Below are positions 19,001-28,068 of a DNA stretch of 46,805 bases, piece after piece. The translations under genes and the position numbers were made by a program. Under the pieces are notes generated by a model, which was not told where the DNA came from, did not search any database, and worked only from the letters and a program-made list of their open reading frames with translations. The first letter of the stretch is position 1. Each line of letters begins with the position of its first letter. The DNA is taken from assembly GCA_051747585.1 (NCBI GenBank), contig JBNJGH010000015.1, positions 1-46,805 of the forward strand. The letters run 5' to 3'. This stretch comes from Candidatus Rifleibacteriota bacterium. GTDB taxonomy: Bacteria > Muiribacteriota > Ozemobacteria > Ozemobacterales > Ozemobacteraceae.

Positions 19001-21624
19001 CTCAACCAACCGTTAGACCAGTGGTAATAAACTTCTCCGGATTGATTGCGTTTCTGAGTGTAAAACCACTTTTGTTTCATTATGTCCAGCTTGATTTTAC
19101 CGTTCTGAATCTTTCGTCCTTCTTTATCAAGGGTTATTACCTCGAGAGGCAATTCCTGCCCTTGATTGATTATCGGGGGAAGCTTGCCGATTCCAACCCT
19201 GTAATCGGGGGTATGCTCAAAACTGTTAATTCCGGTTGCCGGTCGGCTGTCTACATCGAGAACTGTTGCAGCTATTTGAATACTTTTTGTTCCGCTCAAC
19301 ACTTCCTGTGAGACGGGAATCGATATTACAAGGTTCCCATTTTTGTCTAGAACGGAATTCCCTGCTTCGATAAGATCTTTGCTCTCTTCATTGTTGCCAA
19401 ACTGAAATAGTGGATAATCTGCAATTTTGGTGTCGCATTCTTTCAGGTGAGCCTGCCATTGAACTTTGGCATGGCGCAGAGGACCGCCGGCATAATAGCG
19501 ACTTTTAACAGTGCATTTAAGATAAGGCATTTTATTCTTTTGCCCGACAATGGTTTCTACCATTCTTTCTTCAAGCTTATTTTCGATTTCTACATAATGC
19601 CTTGGCGGTTGAAACTCCTGAACCTGAAAACCGGTTGAATTTAAGAAGGTTTCGACTTTTGCAGACTTCATGATGTTTTTATTCTTAGATATTAGTTTTG
19701 AGGGCTTTCTATTCATTAGAAAATCCCATTCAGGTGAAAGACCCTCAGCGGCTTTTGTTGTGTTTTCTGACAGCAAATAAAGTTTGATGTCGTAACGCCC
19801 GAGCGGGGAATATGATTTTAAGGCAAATGAATCTGATGCTGTTCCAAAATCGTTCAGTCTGTGGGTTTTGCCATAAACTTCTTCGCCTCGGGGATTATAA
19901 ATTTTTATCTTAACCTGCTCGCTATCGAGTGCTCTGATTTCATTTCTGGCAAAATTTCTCAGGGTGGCTTTCCAGAAAACGGTTTCGGCAGGGCGGTATA
20001 CTCCTCTTTCGGTGAAAATGTGCGCTTTTGCTCCCAGATTACTGCTTTTGTCGATATAAGCGGAATTAACAGAAGAAGGTATCAGCCTGTTTGTATTGAG
20101 TCTTACAAAGCAGCTGTCATCTTTTGTTGCTGCCGCTGCAATAAGCATGTCAGAGATTTCTCCTTTTTTACTGGTTATCTCCGGATTGTTATCTTTCCAT
20201 TTAATTGCCGGGTATGAGCTGTCGGCAGAGATTGTGATCAAACCATCTTTATCGGTTTTCCCCGGGAATAAAGTTACATCGTCTTTGAGCATTATCATTA
20301 AAGGAACATTTGCCACAGGTTCCCCCGAGTGCATTGAGGTTAGCCAGATGATAAGGTTCTTGCGACTGAATTTATATGTTATTGACAGATCGGTTACCTG
20401 AAAAAGTCTGGTGGCTTGCTGGCCGTTCTTTTTCTGATTTTCGGTTAGCTTGATTACGACGCTTCCACCTTTTTCCGGCTCAGGTCTAATATCAAGGGGC
20501 AGGGCAAAATAATATTCTTTATCGGGGTCTTTGGAGCCGATAAAGCCTTCGCTTGTCGAAGAAAAATCCGGGCGCAGAAAATTTTCTATGCCGGGAATCG
20601 TTTGCAGCTTGCTAAGCTCTTTAATCGCCTTGTTGCGGTTAACACAATCAAGCATGAGGTTGTCCAGCTGTTCTGCTGATTTTTCCAGAGCTTTCCTGGT
20701 GCTGCCTTTTACTCTGAAGGATGTAAATTCGTTATCTCTTTGTTCTTCGACTTGAGGAAAAATAGTCAGTGAATCAAGCCAGGGAGCAAATAAGGGCGGG
20801 ACTCTCATAAGCTGGCACTTAAAATCTCCGGTGTTTGCAAAACTTAATGGTAGCAATTGCCTGCTTTTAAGTTCTATAACCGATCGGTCAGCCGCGAACC
20901 TGATTTCGGGATCCGGGCCACAGGAAACAAAAGAAAAGTTGTCGGGGTTTAGTACATGCTTTTTGTCGCCGACTGACCCGCCTTCGATGGATATTTTATA
21001 TCTCTGCCCGGTAATAAACTTGCCGTAAATTCTGTATTTATTACGGTTTCTGGAATAACGCCGGTCTACCTGAAAGCGTCCGACAGGCGGAAAGATTTTA
21101 ATTTTCTTTTTCAGCAGGTGATCTCTGATTTTATCAGAAAGATAAATATAGACACCCTTATTTTTGGGTGATTGAAAATAAGGTTCGAAACCAAGAAGAG
21201 TTGTGCCGGATACAGTTGAAAATTCAATTGTTTTTTTTCTTTTCAGCTTTGCATTATTGTCGGCAGAAAGGCCTTTGTTAATAATAAGGCGATAATTTCC
21301 CGGCTTTTCCGGAACTTTAGAGGGTTTGATAATAAAGATTTTTCTTTCTGAGGGAAGGGCTTTTTTTTGCTCCCGGTCACCAAGTTCGGTGGAGTTATGA
21401 AATTCAAATTTCGTATTTCGCTCGTTAAACTCAAGATTGATGTTCTGTGATATTTCCAGGCTCGAAACCGGTTGATCAAACTCAAGGCGTATCTGCCAGT
21501 CCCGGGGTTGTACATTGCCGCTGCCCGAAAGCTGATAGTCGAGACTCAAGGGAGCCGCAAAAGCGGGCAATACGGTAGTAAAAAGCAAGAGAAAACCGGC
21601 AAGGAAAAAAGTTCTGAATTTCAT
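16048..21624 (-). CDS. Bacterial alpha-2-macroglobulin
   Basis: FTERGVYRPAETV, VVDEAVLSLTG, LRQDFRPVAFWAP, thioester motif YPYGCIEQT, EDPVPAGF. ATG 21624 follows GAGG; the track start GTG 21633 is the alternative. Confidence 0.93.
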   Translation of the reverse strand: MKFRTFFLAGFLLLFTTVLPAFAAPLSLDYQLSGSGNVQPRDWQIRLEFDQPVSSLEISQNINLEFNERNTKFEFHNSTELGDREQKKALPSERKIFIIKPSKVPEKPGNYRLIINKGLSADNNAKLKRKKTIEFSTVSGTTLLGFEPYFQSPKNKGVYIYLSDKIRDHLLKKKIKIFPPVGRFQVDRRYSRNRNKYRIYGKFITGQRYKISIEGGSVGDKKHVLNPDNFSFVSCGPDPEIRFAADRSVIELKSRQLLPLSFANTGDFKCQLMRVPPLFAPWLDSLTIFPQVEEQRDNEFTSFRVKGSTRKALEKSAEQLDNLMLDCVNRNKAIKELSKLQTIPGIENFLRPDFSSTSEGFIGSKDPDKEYYFALPLDIRPEPEKGGSVVIKLTENQKKNGQQATRLFQVTDLSITYKFSRKNLIIWLTSMHSGEPVANVPLMIMLKDDVTLFPGKTDKDGLITISADSSYPAIKWKDNNPEITSKKGEISDMLIAAAATKDDSCFVRLNTNRLIPSSVNSAYIDKSSNLGAKAHIFTERGVYRPAETVFWKATLRNFARNEIRALDSEQVKIKIYNPRGEEVYGKTHRLNDFGTASDSFALKSYSPLGRYDIKLYLLSENTTKAAEGLSPEWDFLMNRKPSKLISKNKNIMKSAKVETFLNSTGFQVQEFQPPRHYVEIENKLEERMVETIVGQKNKMPYLKCTVKSRYYAGGPLRHAKVQWQAHLKECDTKIADYPLFQFGNNEESKDLIEAGNSVLDKNGNLVISIPVSQEVLSGTKSIQIAATVLDVDSRPATGINSFEHTPDYRVGIGKLPPIINQGQELPLEVITLDKEGRKIQNGKIKLDIMKQKWFYTQKRNQSGEVYYHWSNGWLRSQSLTGEIKNGKATFDLVLPEGGNYLIEAAYENSQGIFKSTYSFYVQGSYSRFRDYNNDSRKRSENEIALLADKQVAKINNKVKIRYSLPSPADYALLTMETDEILSAEVIKVGKSHGSLEKVIGKDCRPNVYISLTAPSRRGDFPIYTSQVDKNYPKTYFGFTNIKVKNKIEKLSLKIAPDKPEELKALPGESVEINLEIKNQDMQPTEAEVAVCVVDEAVLSLTGFVTPALDSLTDFILPLKVFSGDLRTSLISQELFELIGVKELTGGDGGTGNINADFDLRQDFRPVAFWAPALYPDKQGKITINFKAPDSMTSYRIYAVAADKHSAFATTDRQLLISKDFYIEPGLPNFLTAGDKAVFPLSLKNKTNFSGIADYRIEKAENLSMTPMKGQVELQAFTNSTSKIQMNADNGCQKSSIIFSGNFKGMQDRIKQTLTINPATTIINRYSSGHFTKSTRIKPDLPKYVSNLSEPKKQGTISARLQLSASKWSKIVPAIGYLLKYPYGCIEQTCSAIIPLIAIRELIDQGYLQAYAHTPVDDFIENGIERILGMQQPSGGFSYWPGSSNISWWGSQYAVLALSMAKKAGFTIDQDRIDKAVKFTRNGLFGNNNENNYRRGIMALAAVNLAMNQTLKEADLDVIGKGFSDKETEALPLLILARTLNGKTDKMQLHAMLKRLKPANKSVTHSWYYSSTRENAFALMAILEAGGDIKQADQFAGEILDNITEKGYWNSTADTGFALLALSKYFKRTQIKESKKNIEVSITTSKGSFAKKVNKYGATIELSSEELINPDGLKITCSDDVLLNWSLDYNYPDHENRQEKVNKGFNISKTLTNLNGEEDIKVGDLVKVTVIFEDKFNFDDKHRILHYLALEDPVPAGFIPVNTSLKNDSLPASELDNEQAYCSWENGSYRFYANHQEMHDDKVLAFKNRLWSGSFRLEYYLRAVCEGRFKMKPTHVSLMYNPEIYGMTIAKEIEIKGSR

Positions 21625-21764
21625 TTGTCGCACCTCAATATTATCTTTCTGTTAAACATATTATCTCATTAATTAAATCAGATGCAAATAACGTCAGCTA
21701 TTATCGGTTCATGAATGTCAGCTCTTCATAAAGAAGACCAACCTTCAAACCAGCCTCATAAAGT

Positions 21765-21858
21765 CTCGGTATCGCTATCGGTACTCGGTATCGAACAAGG
21801 GGTTCAGCTTCATAATTCTTCGATAAGCGAAACCGATATCGAACCCGACAACCGATAT
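21765..21858. repeat. Imperfect inverted repeat built from short TCGGTA/ACCGAT-like units
   Basis: Left arm CTCGGTATCGCTATCGGTACTCGGTATCGA, right arm TCGATAAGCGAAACCGATATCGAACCCGACAACCGATA. Confidence 0.55.
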
Positions 21859-21917
21859 TTTTGCCTCACACAGAGTCACTAAAACTACGAAGAAAACAAT
21901 AATAAAACGACATAAAT

Positions 21918-21935
21918 TGCGACAAAAGTGACGCA
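21918..21935. promoter_or_regulatory. Candidate upstream activator site for a sigma-54 enhancer-binding protein
   Basis: Imperfect palindrome TGCGACAAAAGTGACGCA about 100 bp upstream of the -24/-12 element, with nearby CGACA/CGCA repeats. Confidence 0.4.
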
Positions 21936-22033
21936 TAATTTAACGGTGCGACGTTGCATGTAAGGTTGTAAACTGTTATTCTTATAACGCCAGATGGCGA
22001 TTAATTGAGAGGTCTAGCCACTTTGACGACCAA

Positions 22034-22049
22034 TGGCACGGCTATTGCA
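22034..22049 (+). promoter_or_regulatory. Sigma-54 (RpoN) -24/-12 promoter of clpB
   Basis: TGGCACG-GCTA-TTGCA is an exact match to TGGCACG-N4-TTGCW and ends ~40 bp before the clpB ATG. Confidence 0.75.
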
Positions 22050-22090
22050 TTATAAGATAGTTGAATAAATATATAATAAGGTGGATGGTT

Positions 22091-24694
22091 ATGGATATTA
22101 ACAAAATGACACAAAAATCGCAGGAAGCTTTGCAGAAGGCGCAAAATCTTGCTGTAAATTTTGGACATCAGGAAATCGCTCCTGAGCATCTTTTACTGGG
22201 CTTGATTCAAGACGAATCAGATTTAATTCCCAGGCTTTTGAACAATATCAATGTACCCCTCGCTCTGGTTAAAGAGAAGGTTGAAAAGGCAATTGAAAAA
22301 TTGCCGAGGGTATCCGGGCCGGGCATGACTCCCGACAAGTTTTATGTCAATGCCGAACTATCTCAATTGCTGGTTCAGGCAGAAAATGAAATGAAGTCTT
22401 TAAAAGACGAATATTTGTCGGTTGAGCATATTATTTTAGCGATGATCGAGAGCGGAAACGCCACCAGAGTTGGTAATATTTTTCTTGAGCTGAATGTCAA
22501 TCGCAACCAGTTTTTGCAGGCATTAACTGCTGTACGTGGCAATCAAAGGGTAACTTCGGCAAATCCTGAACAAACTTACGATGCTCTTGAAAAGTATGGT
22601 CGTGATCTTGTCGCTCTTGCCCGAACAGGTAAGCTCGACCCTGTAATCGGCCGTGATGGCGAAATAAGGCGTATTATAAGAATTCTTACCCGTAAAACTA
22701 AGAACAATCCGGTTTTGATTGGTGAACCCGGTGTCGGTAAAACTGCTATTGCAGAAGGATTGGCGCAAAGAATTCTTCAGGGAGATGTTCCTGAAAGCTT
22801 GAGAGACAAAATCATTTTTGCTCTCGATATGGGCTCTTTAATAGCCGGGGCAAAATTCAGAGGTGAGTTTGAAGAAAGATTGAAAGCTGTTCTGGCCGAA
22901 ATAAAAAACAGTGACGGAAAAATAATTTTATTCATCGATGAAATGCATACTATTGTGGGCGCAGGTAAGACAGAAGGCTCTATGGATGCTGGTAATATGC
23001 TTAAGCCGATGCTTGCCCGTGGCGAATTGCACTGTATAGGTGCAACAACTATAGATGAATATAGAAAACACGTCGAAAAAGATGCGGCCCTGGAGCGACG
23101 TTTTCAGCCGGTAATGGTAGATCAGCCGGATGTGGCAGATACTATCTCAATTTTACGCGGATTGAAAGAAAGGTTCGAGGTTTTTCACGGGGTTCGCATT
23201 CAAGACCGATCACTTGTTGCAGCATCTGTGTTGTCTCATAGATATATATCAGACCGCTTCCTTCCTGATAAGGCCATTGATCTTGTCGATGAAGCATGCG
23301 CAATGATCAGAACAGATATCGAATCAATGCCCGCTGAACTCGATGAAGTTACCCGAAGAATTATGCAGCTTGAAATTGAAGAGGCGGCGTTGGTTAAAGA
23401 AAAAGACGCAGCAAGTAAAGAAAGGCTTGCTGATATTAAAAAAGAGCTTGCAAACCTTAAAAATCGTGCAGACTCAATGAAAGCTCAGTGGGAGAGTGAA
23501 AGAGCTGTGATTAAAAAAGTTCAGTCTCAGCGCAGCATGATTGAAAAGCTCCATCAGGAAATCAGTGAAGCCGAAAGAGCTTATGATCTCAATCTGGCTG
23601 CAGAGCTCAAACATGGAAAGCTTCCCGAAGCCAGAAAACAACTTGCCGATTTTGAAGAAGAACTCAAACAGAAGCAAAGCACAGGTAAGTTAGTCAGAGA
23701 AGAAGTAACAGAAGAGGAAATAGCTCACATTGTCAGTAAATGGACAGGTATTCCTGTTACCAGATTGATGGAGGGCGAAAAAGAAAAGCTGCTTCATCTC
23801 GACGATCATCTTCATAAAAGAGTTGTCGGGCAGAATGAGGCTGTAGATCTTGTAACCGATGCGGTTATTCGTTCCAGAGCCGGAATTAAAGATCCAAATC
23901 GTCCTATTGGTTCGTTTATATTTCTCGGTCCCACAGGTGTGGGTAAAACAGAGCTTGCTAAAGCTCTTGCTGAAGCTTTATTCGACACCGAAGAAAATAT
24001 AGTTCGTATCGATATGTCAGAGTACATGGAAAAATATTCTGTTTCAAGACTCATTGGGGCGCCGCCGGGTTACATAGGTCATGATGATGGCGGCCAGCTG
24101 ACAGAGGCTGTCAGGCGAAAACCATATTCTGTAGTATTGTTTGATGAGATAGAAAAAGCACATTCAGAAGTCTTCAATGTTTTGCTGCAGATTCTTGATG
24201 ACGGACGCTTAACTGATTCCAAGGGTCGTACCGTCGACTTTCGCAACGTGGTGGTTATTATGACCAGTAACCTGGCTGCGCAGACTTTGATCGATGAAAT
24301 AGGAGCAGCCGGCGAAATCTCTGAAGATACTAGAAAAAATGTACTTAGCGAAGTGAAGCGATTTTTTAAACCTGAATTCTTCAACCGGGTTGACGATATA
24401 GTTTTATTTGCTCCATTACAGAAGTCTGAACTCGAAAAAATTATTGACTTACAGCTTTCAGAAATCCAGAAGCGGCTTGAAGAAAGGCGAATCAAACTTG
24501 AACTTGATCAAGAAGCCCGCGAATGGCTTGTCGAAAGAGGTTATAGTCCAGTCTACGGTGCCCGTCCTCTTAAAAGACTGCTGCAAAAAGAAATTGAAAC
24601 TTTGCTTGCAAGAGGCTTGATTGCTGGTAAAATTCAAGAAGGCAGTACTGTTAAGATTACTATAGTTAATGATCAACCCGCCCTGGTTGATTAA
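22091..24694 (+). CDS. clpB: ATP-dependent chaperone/disaggregase ClpB
   Basis: [15 protein letters not shown]-terminus, two AAA+ modules ([16 protein letters not shown]), coiled-coil middle domain, YGARPLKR. Start at 22091 after AAGGTGGA. Confidence 0.97.
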   Translation: MDINKMTQKSQEALQKAQNLAVNFGHQEIAPEHLLLGLIQDESDLIPRLLNNINVPLALVKEKVEKAIEKLPRVSGPGMTPDKFYVNAELSQLLVQAENEMKSLKDEYLSVEHIILAMIESGNATRVGNIFLELNVNRNQFLQALTAVRGNQRVTSANPEQTYDALEKYGRDLVALARTGKLDPVIGRDGEIRRIIRILTRKTKNNPVLIGEPGVGKTAIAEGLAQRILQGDVPESLRDKIIFALDMGSLIAGAKFRGEFEERLKAVLAEIKNSDGKIILFIDEMHTIVGAGKTEGSMDAGNMLKPMLARGELHCIGATTIDEYRKHVEKDAALERRFQPVMVDQPDVADTISILRGLKERFEVFHGVRIQDRSLVAASVLSHRYISDRFLPDKAIDLVDEACAMIRTDIESMPAELDEVTRRIMQLEIEEAALVKEKDAASKERLADIKKELANLKNRADSMKAQWESERAVIKKVQSQRSMIEKLHQEISEAERAYDLNLAAELKHGKLPEARKQLADFEEELKQKQSTGKLVREEVTEEEIAHIVSKWTGIPVTRLMEGEKEKLLHLDDHLHKRVVGQNEAVDLVTDAVIRSRAGIKDPNRPIGSFIFLGPTGVGKTELAKALAEALFDTEENIVRIDMSEYMEKYSVSRLIGAPPGYIGHDDGGQLTEAVRRKPYSVVLFDEIEKAHSEVFNVLLQILDDGRLTDSKGRTVDFRNVVVIMTSNLAAQTLIDEIGAAGEISEDTRKNVLSEVKRFFKPEFFNRVDDIVLFAPLQKSELEKIIDLQLSEIQKRLEERRIKLELDQEAREWLVERGYSPVYGARPLKRLLQKEIETLLARGLIAGKIQEGSTVKITIVNDQPALVD

Positions 24695-24714
24695 ATCCAA
24701 AAGAGTAGGTAAAT

Positions 24715-25290
24715 ATGAAAAAGCTTGTAAGCGGCTGGTTTGGCAGAATAATTATGGTGATAATTCTTACCATAATGCTTGGAATGGTTGGATACATAAT
24801 AGATCATGCCTATTTTCAGAAACCTCTCGGTGAGGGCGAAATAGGTCTTGCGGCAGATGAGGGGTATGCTATGCCTGCTACCAGCGAAATTTCGGTGGTG
24901 GCAGTTGAAACAGACCCCCTACAGCTTGATTTAAGCTCGAAGAAAGAGGATTTCTCCGGGATTGTTGAAGTTGTTGGACCTGATGATTCGGTTATCTTTA
25001 CAGAAAACTTTGCTCTCCGTTATCAGCCCAAAAGTTTTTTACCTAACCCAGATAAATGGGAAACCTTTTACTTACCAACTCCACAAAATGGTACTTACCG
25101 AGTTAGAATTACCCAGGATTCGCCCGGAAAAGCCAGAATCTTTTTTTACCAGGGCCCCTTTTGGACAAGAATGCTAATGCTTCCTTTCATAGCAGTTTTT
25201 ATTGTAGTGATTATCTCAATAACTCTTGCACCCTCAAAAGAGGTAGAATCATCTGCTGACAAGGAATTGTCAGAACAAAGTCAATCTTAG
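24715..25290 (+). CDS. Hypothetical membrane protein (two TM helices flanking a beta-rich extracytoplasmic domain)
   Basis: Hydrophobic segments at both ends, 20 bp after the clpB stop, with an RBS-like sequence. Confidence 0.7.
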   Translation: MKKLVSGWFGRIIMVIILTIMLGMVGYIIDHAYFQKPLGEGEIGLAADEGYAMPATSEISVVAVETDPLQLDLSSKKEDFSGIVEVVGPDDSVIFTENFALRYQPKSFLPNPDKWETFYLPTPQNGTYRVRITQDSPGKARIFFYQGPFWTRMLMLPFIAVFIVVIISITLAPSKEVESSADKELSEQSQS

Positions 25291-25333
25291 AATTTTATTT
25301 GATCATCAAGAGGCCGCCACGCAGGAAAAAAAG

Positions 25334-25687
25334 CAGGGCAAACGTGAACTCTAAAAAAATCAGACTGATTAAGATGCCGATTGAAGGAGCCAATTTTTAC
25401 GTGTCATCGTATATTGGTGGTTGAGCGAAGCGATGCGCTGAGCGGCGTCGAAGCGTCGAAACCACCAAATGGACGGTTACAGGGTCCATTCGACTCCGCT
25501 CAGGAACCATATTGGCCCGTCATTCCTGACCGGTTCAAGCCGGATCAGGAATCCAGAATAATCGTCGTTTATGTTTTTAACAATATAAGGTGGGTGCTTA
25601 AAAAAGGTAGTTAATCAATCTGTCTTTCTTGTTCTAACCCTGGATGCCTGCTTTCGCAGGCATGACGAAAAGTTCACGTTTGCCCCT
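25334..25687. mobile_element. MITE-like element family B (~354 bp) packed with REP-like palindromes
   Basis: Ends CAGGGCAAACGTGAACT and AGTTCACGTTTGCCCCT share a 15-bp perfect inverted core. Flanked by direct repeat GGAAAAAAAG (25324-25333, 25688-25697). Internal CGTCATTCCTGA...TCAGGAATCCA and TGGATGCCTGCTTTCGCAGGCATGACG. Confidence 0.75.
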
Positions 25688-25765
25688 GGAAAAAAAGTGT
25701 ACCCTTCCGTTTTAGCCGGGTTTTTATTATAATAATAAAGTTAAGGCTATAGTTGGAGGCTTGAT

Positions 25766-28018
25766 ATGAAGAAGTTCTTGTCTATTACTGTTTTGCTGAC
25801 AATTGTTCTGTTGTCGGCTCAGACTGCTTTTGCAGATGTAAGAGCAGATTACGAGCGATACATTTCGTCATATAACGCATATAGGAATGCGATTCTAGAG
25901 AACAAATCGGAAGCAGAAGTTAAATCATTACACAGTGCTTACCTTAAAGCAAAAAGTGCCTACGAAAAAGAGACGGGTCGCTCTTCTGATGAAGTGCTGG
26001 ATGGTACAGATCGTGCGACTGGTACTTCGGGTCATGGCGAATCTGATTTTGATTACTCAGATGCAGCCGGTGATGGTAACGCTACGGTTACGCAGCGAAT
26101 TGCTCAGATCCCGGTAGGGCTTAGAAGGATACTCACCCAGTTATGGTCTGAAAAAGGCAGAAAAAATCCTGATGCCATGATGCGGCTCTTAGCGGCATTT
26201 ATCGAGAACAACCCCCGTTCAGACTATGTCGATATGGCTCGCTATGAACTTGCAAAAGCTTATGATCTGCTTAAAAATGACAAAAAATCTTCAACGGTAG
26301 TATTAAAAGAAATTATAAAGAATCGGCCTGACTCAAAGCTTGCTAATATCGCTAATCAACGACTTTCTTATTATTCCGCCTCCGTAAATGCTGAAAATTG
26401 GAAAAAAGCGTTGAACAGTTCCTATCTTTCGGCCCAGAATGTTTATAAAAAATATAGAGACACTGCTTGGCTGGCTTTTCCGGTAAAAACTACCAGATGG
26501 GTTGGCTATGTTAAGAAACTTTATAATTTTAACCAGAACCAGAAAAAGTATGTTAATTTTCAACTTGCCTACGAAAAGCTGGGTGCCAGGTTTATTCCAC
26601 CGGTCAACGTTACTTTTGACAGATTCAAGCCTGCGACCGGATATGCCAGTGGTACTGCCGACGTAAGACTTGTTTACAATAACAATGATGCCTGGTACGC
26701 TCGTTGGAAGCTTTTGCAGGAGGCTCGACACAGTATCGATATTCAATATTTCATTGTTGACAAGGATATCTTTGGCATGTCTATGCTTGGTGCTCTTCTC
26801 AAAAAGGCTAAGGAAGGTGTCAAGATTCGACTTATGCTTGATTCCAGAGGTACCAAGCAACTTACTCGCAAATTGATGGGGCAGGATCTGCTTCAGGAAT
26901 TGACTGAGATGCCAAACTGTAAGGTAAAAGTTTTTAATCCGGTTCATACAAATCTTTTAACTGGATTAATGGATATTAGAAAAATTATGGCTTCAAATCA
27001 TGATAAGATTTTTATCGTTGATAAAGAATTTGCTATGGTTGGCGGAAGAAATATTTCAAAAGATTATTTTGTTGGTCCGGTAGACCATCCTGAAGGTTAT
27101 CGCGACTGTGATGTTGTTATTAGAGATGCTGAAGTTGCACGACAGCTTGATTTTGCTTTCGATGAAGAATTTGCAAAGCTTAAGACTTTTCCCATCTCTG
27201 AAGAGCTGTGGGGCAATATTGACGTAATGACTGCTGAGCTAAATGCCGCATATGATGCCATGTATAGTCATATTCTCAACGAAAAACTCAGAGTCTCACC
27301 AAATGTCAAAAAAGATTATCTTAATTCAGCGAAAGAGTATCTGATCGAACTGTCTCCGTATAAGAATATGCGTGATTTTTCCGGTTTCCGGCTGATGTCA
27401 AACTCAGTCGAAGCTCCGGCCAAGATTATTGATAAGCATTCTTTGGGTGGGCCAAGAGACGATATCACCGATGAAATGGTTAAATACATTGATGGTTGTC
27501 GCAAAGAAGTTCTGATTCAGAATCCTTATGTCGTTTTAACCGATCGTATATTTGCAGCACTTCAGAGAGCCGGTCGTCGCGATGTTTCTGTTAAGATCCA
27601 CACTAACAGCCCATATTCCACAGATAGTCTGGCTACTCAGGCAATGTTCTACGCCGACTGGAAAAAAGCGTTGTCGGAAATTCCCAATTGCCATATTTAT
27701 GTTTATTACGGCAAACGAAAGCTTCATGCCAAGAACTGGGTTTTTGATGGCAAAATTGGAATAGTTGGGACCTATAACCTTGATTATATGAGTGAACAGA
27801 TCAACTCTGAAGTCGTTGCGGCTGTTAAGTCCGGTGAATTTGCCGGGGAGTTGCGCAATGAAATTTACAAAGATATCAATGATTCCAAAGAATATAAAGT
27901 TAGTATTGATGATGAAGGAAAAATAGATGCTGTTTTTGGTCCTGATGACGTTAAGGGTAAAAATTTCTGGCTTTTGAAAACTCTTTCAAAATTTACCATA
28001 TTCAAAAAACTGATTTAA
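25766..28018 (+). CDS. Exported phospholipase D superfamily protein (ClsC/YmdC-like catalytic part) with an N-terminal helical/TPR-like extension
   Basis: Signal peptide (AFA|D), two HKD motifs HDKIFIVD and HAKNWVFD, GGRNI, GTYNLD, TPR-like FIENNPRSDYVDMARYELAKAY. GGAGG RBS. Confidence 0.88.
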   Translation: MKKFLSITVLLTIVLLSAQTAFADVRADYERYISSYNAYRNAILENKSEAEVKSLHSAYLKAKSAYEKETGRSSDEVLDGTDRATGTSGHGESDFDYSDAAGDGNATVTQRIAQIPVGLRRILTQLWSEKGRKNPDAMMRLLAAFIENNPRSDYVDMARYELAKAYDLLKNDKKSSTVVLKEIIKNRPDSKLANIANQRLSYYSASVNAENWKKALNSSYLSAQNVYKKYRDTAWLAFPVKTTRWVGYVKKLYNFNQNQKKYVNFQLAYEKLGARFIPPVNVTFDRFKPATGYASGTADVRLVYNNNDAWYARWKLLQEARHSIDIQYFIVDKDIFGMSMLGALLKKAKEGVKIRLMLDSRGTKQLTRKLMGQDLLQELTEMPNCKVKVFNPVHTNLLTGLMDIRKIMASNHDKIFIVDKEFAMVGGRNISKDYFVGPVDHPEGYRDCDVVIRDAEVARQLDFAFDEEFAKLKTFPISEELWGNIDVMTAELNAAYDAMYSHILNEKLRVSPNVKKDYLNSAKEYLIELSPYKNMRDFSGFRLMSNSVEAPAKIIDKHSLGGPRDDITDEMVKYIDGCRKEVLIQNPYVVLTDRIFAALQRAGRRDVSVKIHTNSPYSTDSLATQAMFYADWKKALSEIPNCHIYVYYGKRKLHAKNWVFDGKIGIVGTYNLDYMSEQINSEVVAAVKSGEFAGELRNEIYKDINDSKEYKVSIDDEGKIDAVFGPDDVKGKNFWLLKTLSKFTIFKKLI

Positions 28019-28033
28019 TATTTGAAATGGCCG

Positions 28034-28068
28034 GGTCTGTATCTGCTTGTTCAGATGCAGACCTTTTT
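28034..28068. terminator. Intrinsic terminator hairpin between the convergent PLD and purD-like genes
   Basis: GGTCTGTATCTG-loop-CAGATGCAGACC followed by TTTTT. Confidence 0.7.

Noticed and set aside
21960..22090. CIRCE, HAIR or CtsR operators upstream of clpB
   Set aside because: No TTAGCACTC-N9-GAGTGCTAA, CTTGAGT-N7-ACTCAAG or GTCAAA-N-GTCAAA match was seen.
25315..25380. CAGGGCAAAC resembling the start of a c-di-GMP-I riboswitch
   Set aside because: The GAAA tetraloop stem and ACGCAAAGC are missing. The sequence is better explained as a terminal inverted repeat paired with 25671-25687.
25381..25614. 77-aa ORF
   Set aside because: It lies inside the palindrome-rich MITE-like element, has a TTG start, and shows no transposase or other motif.
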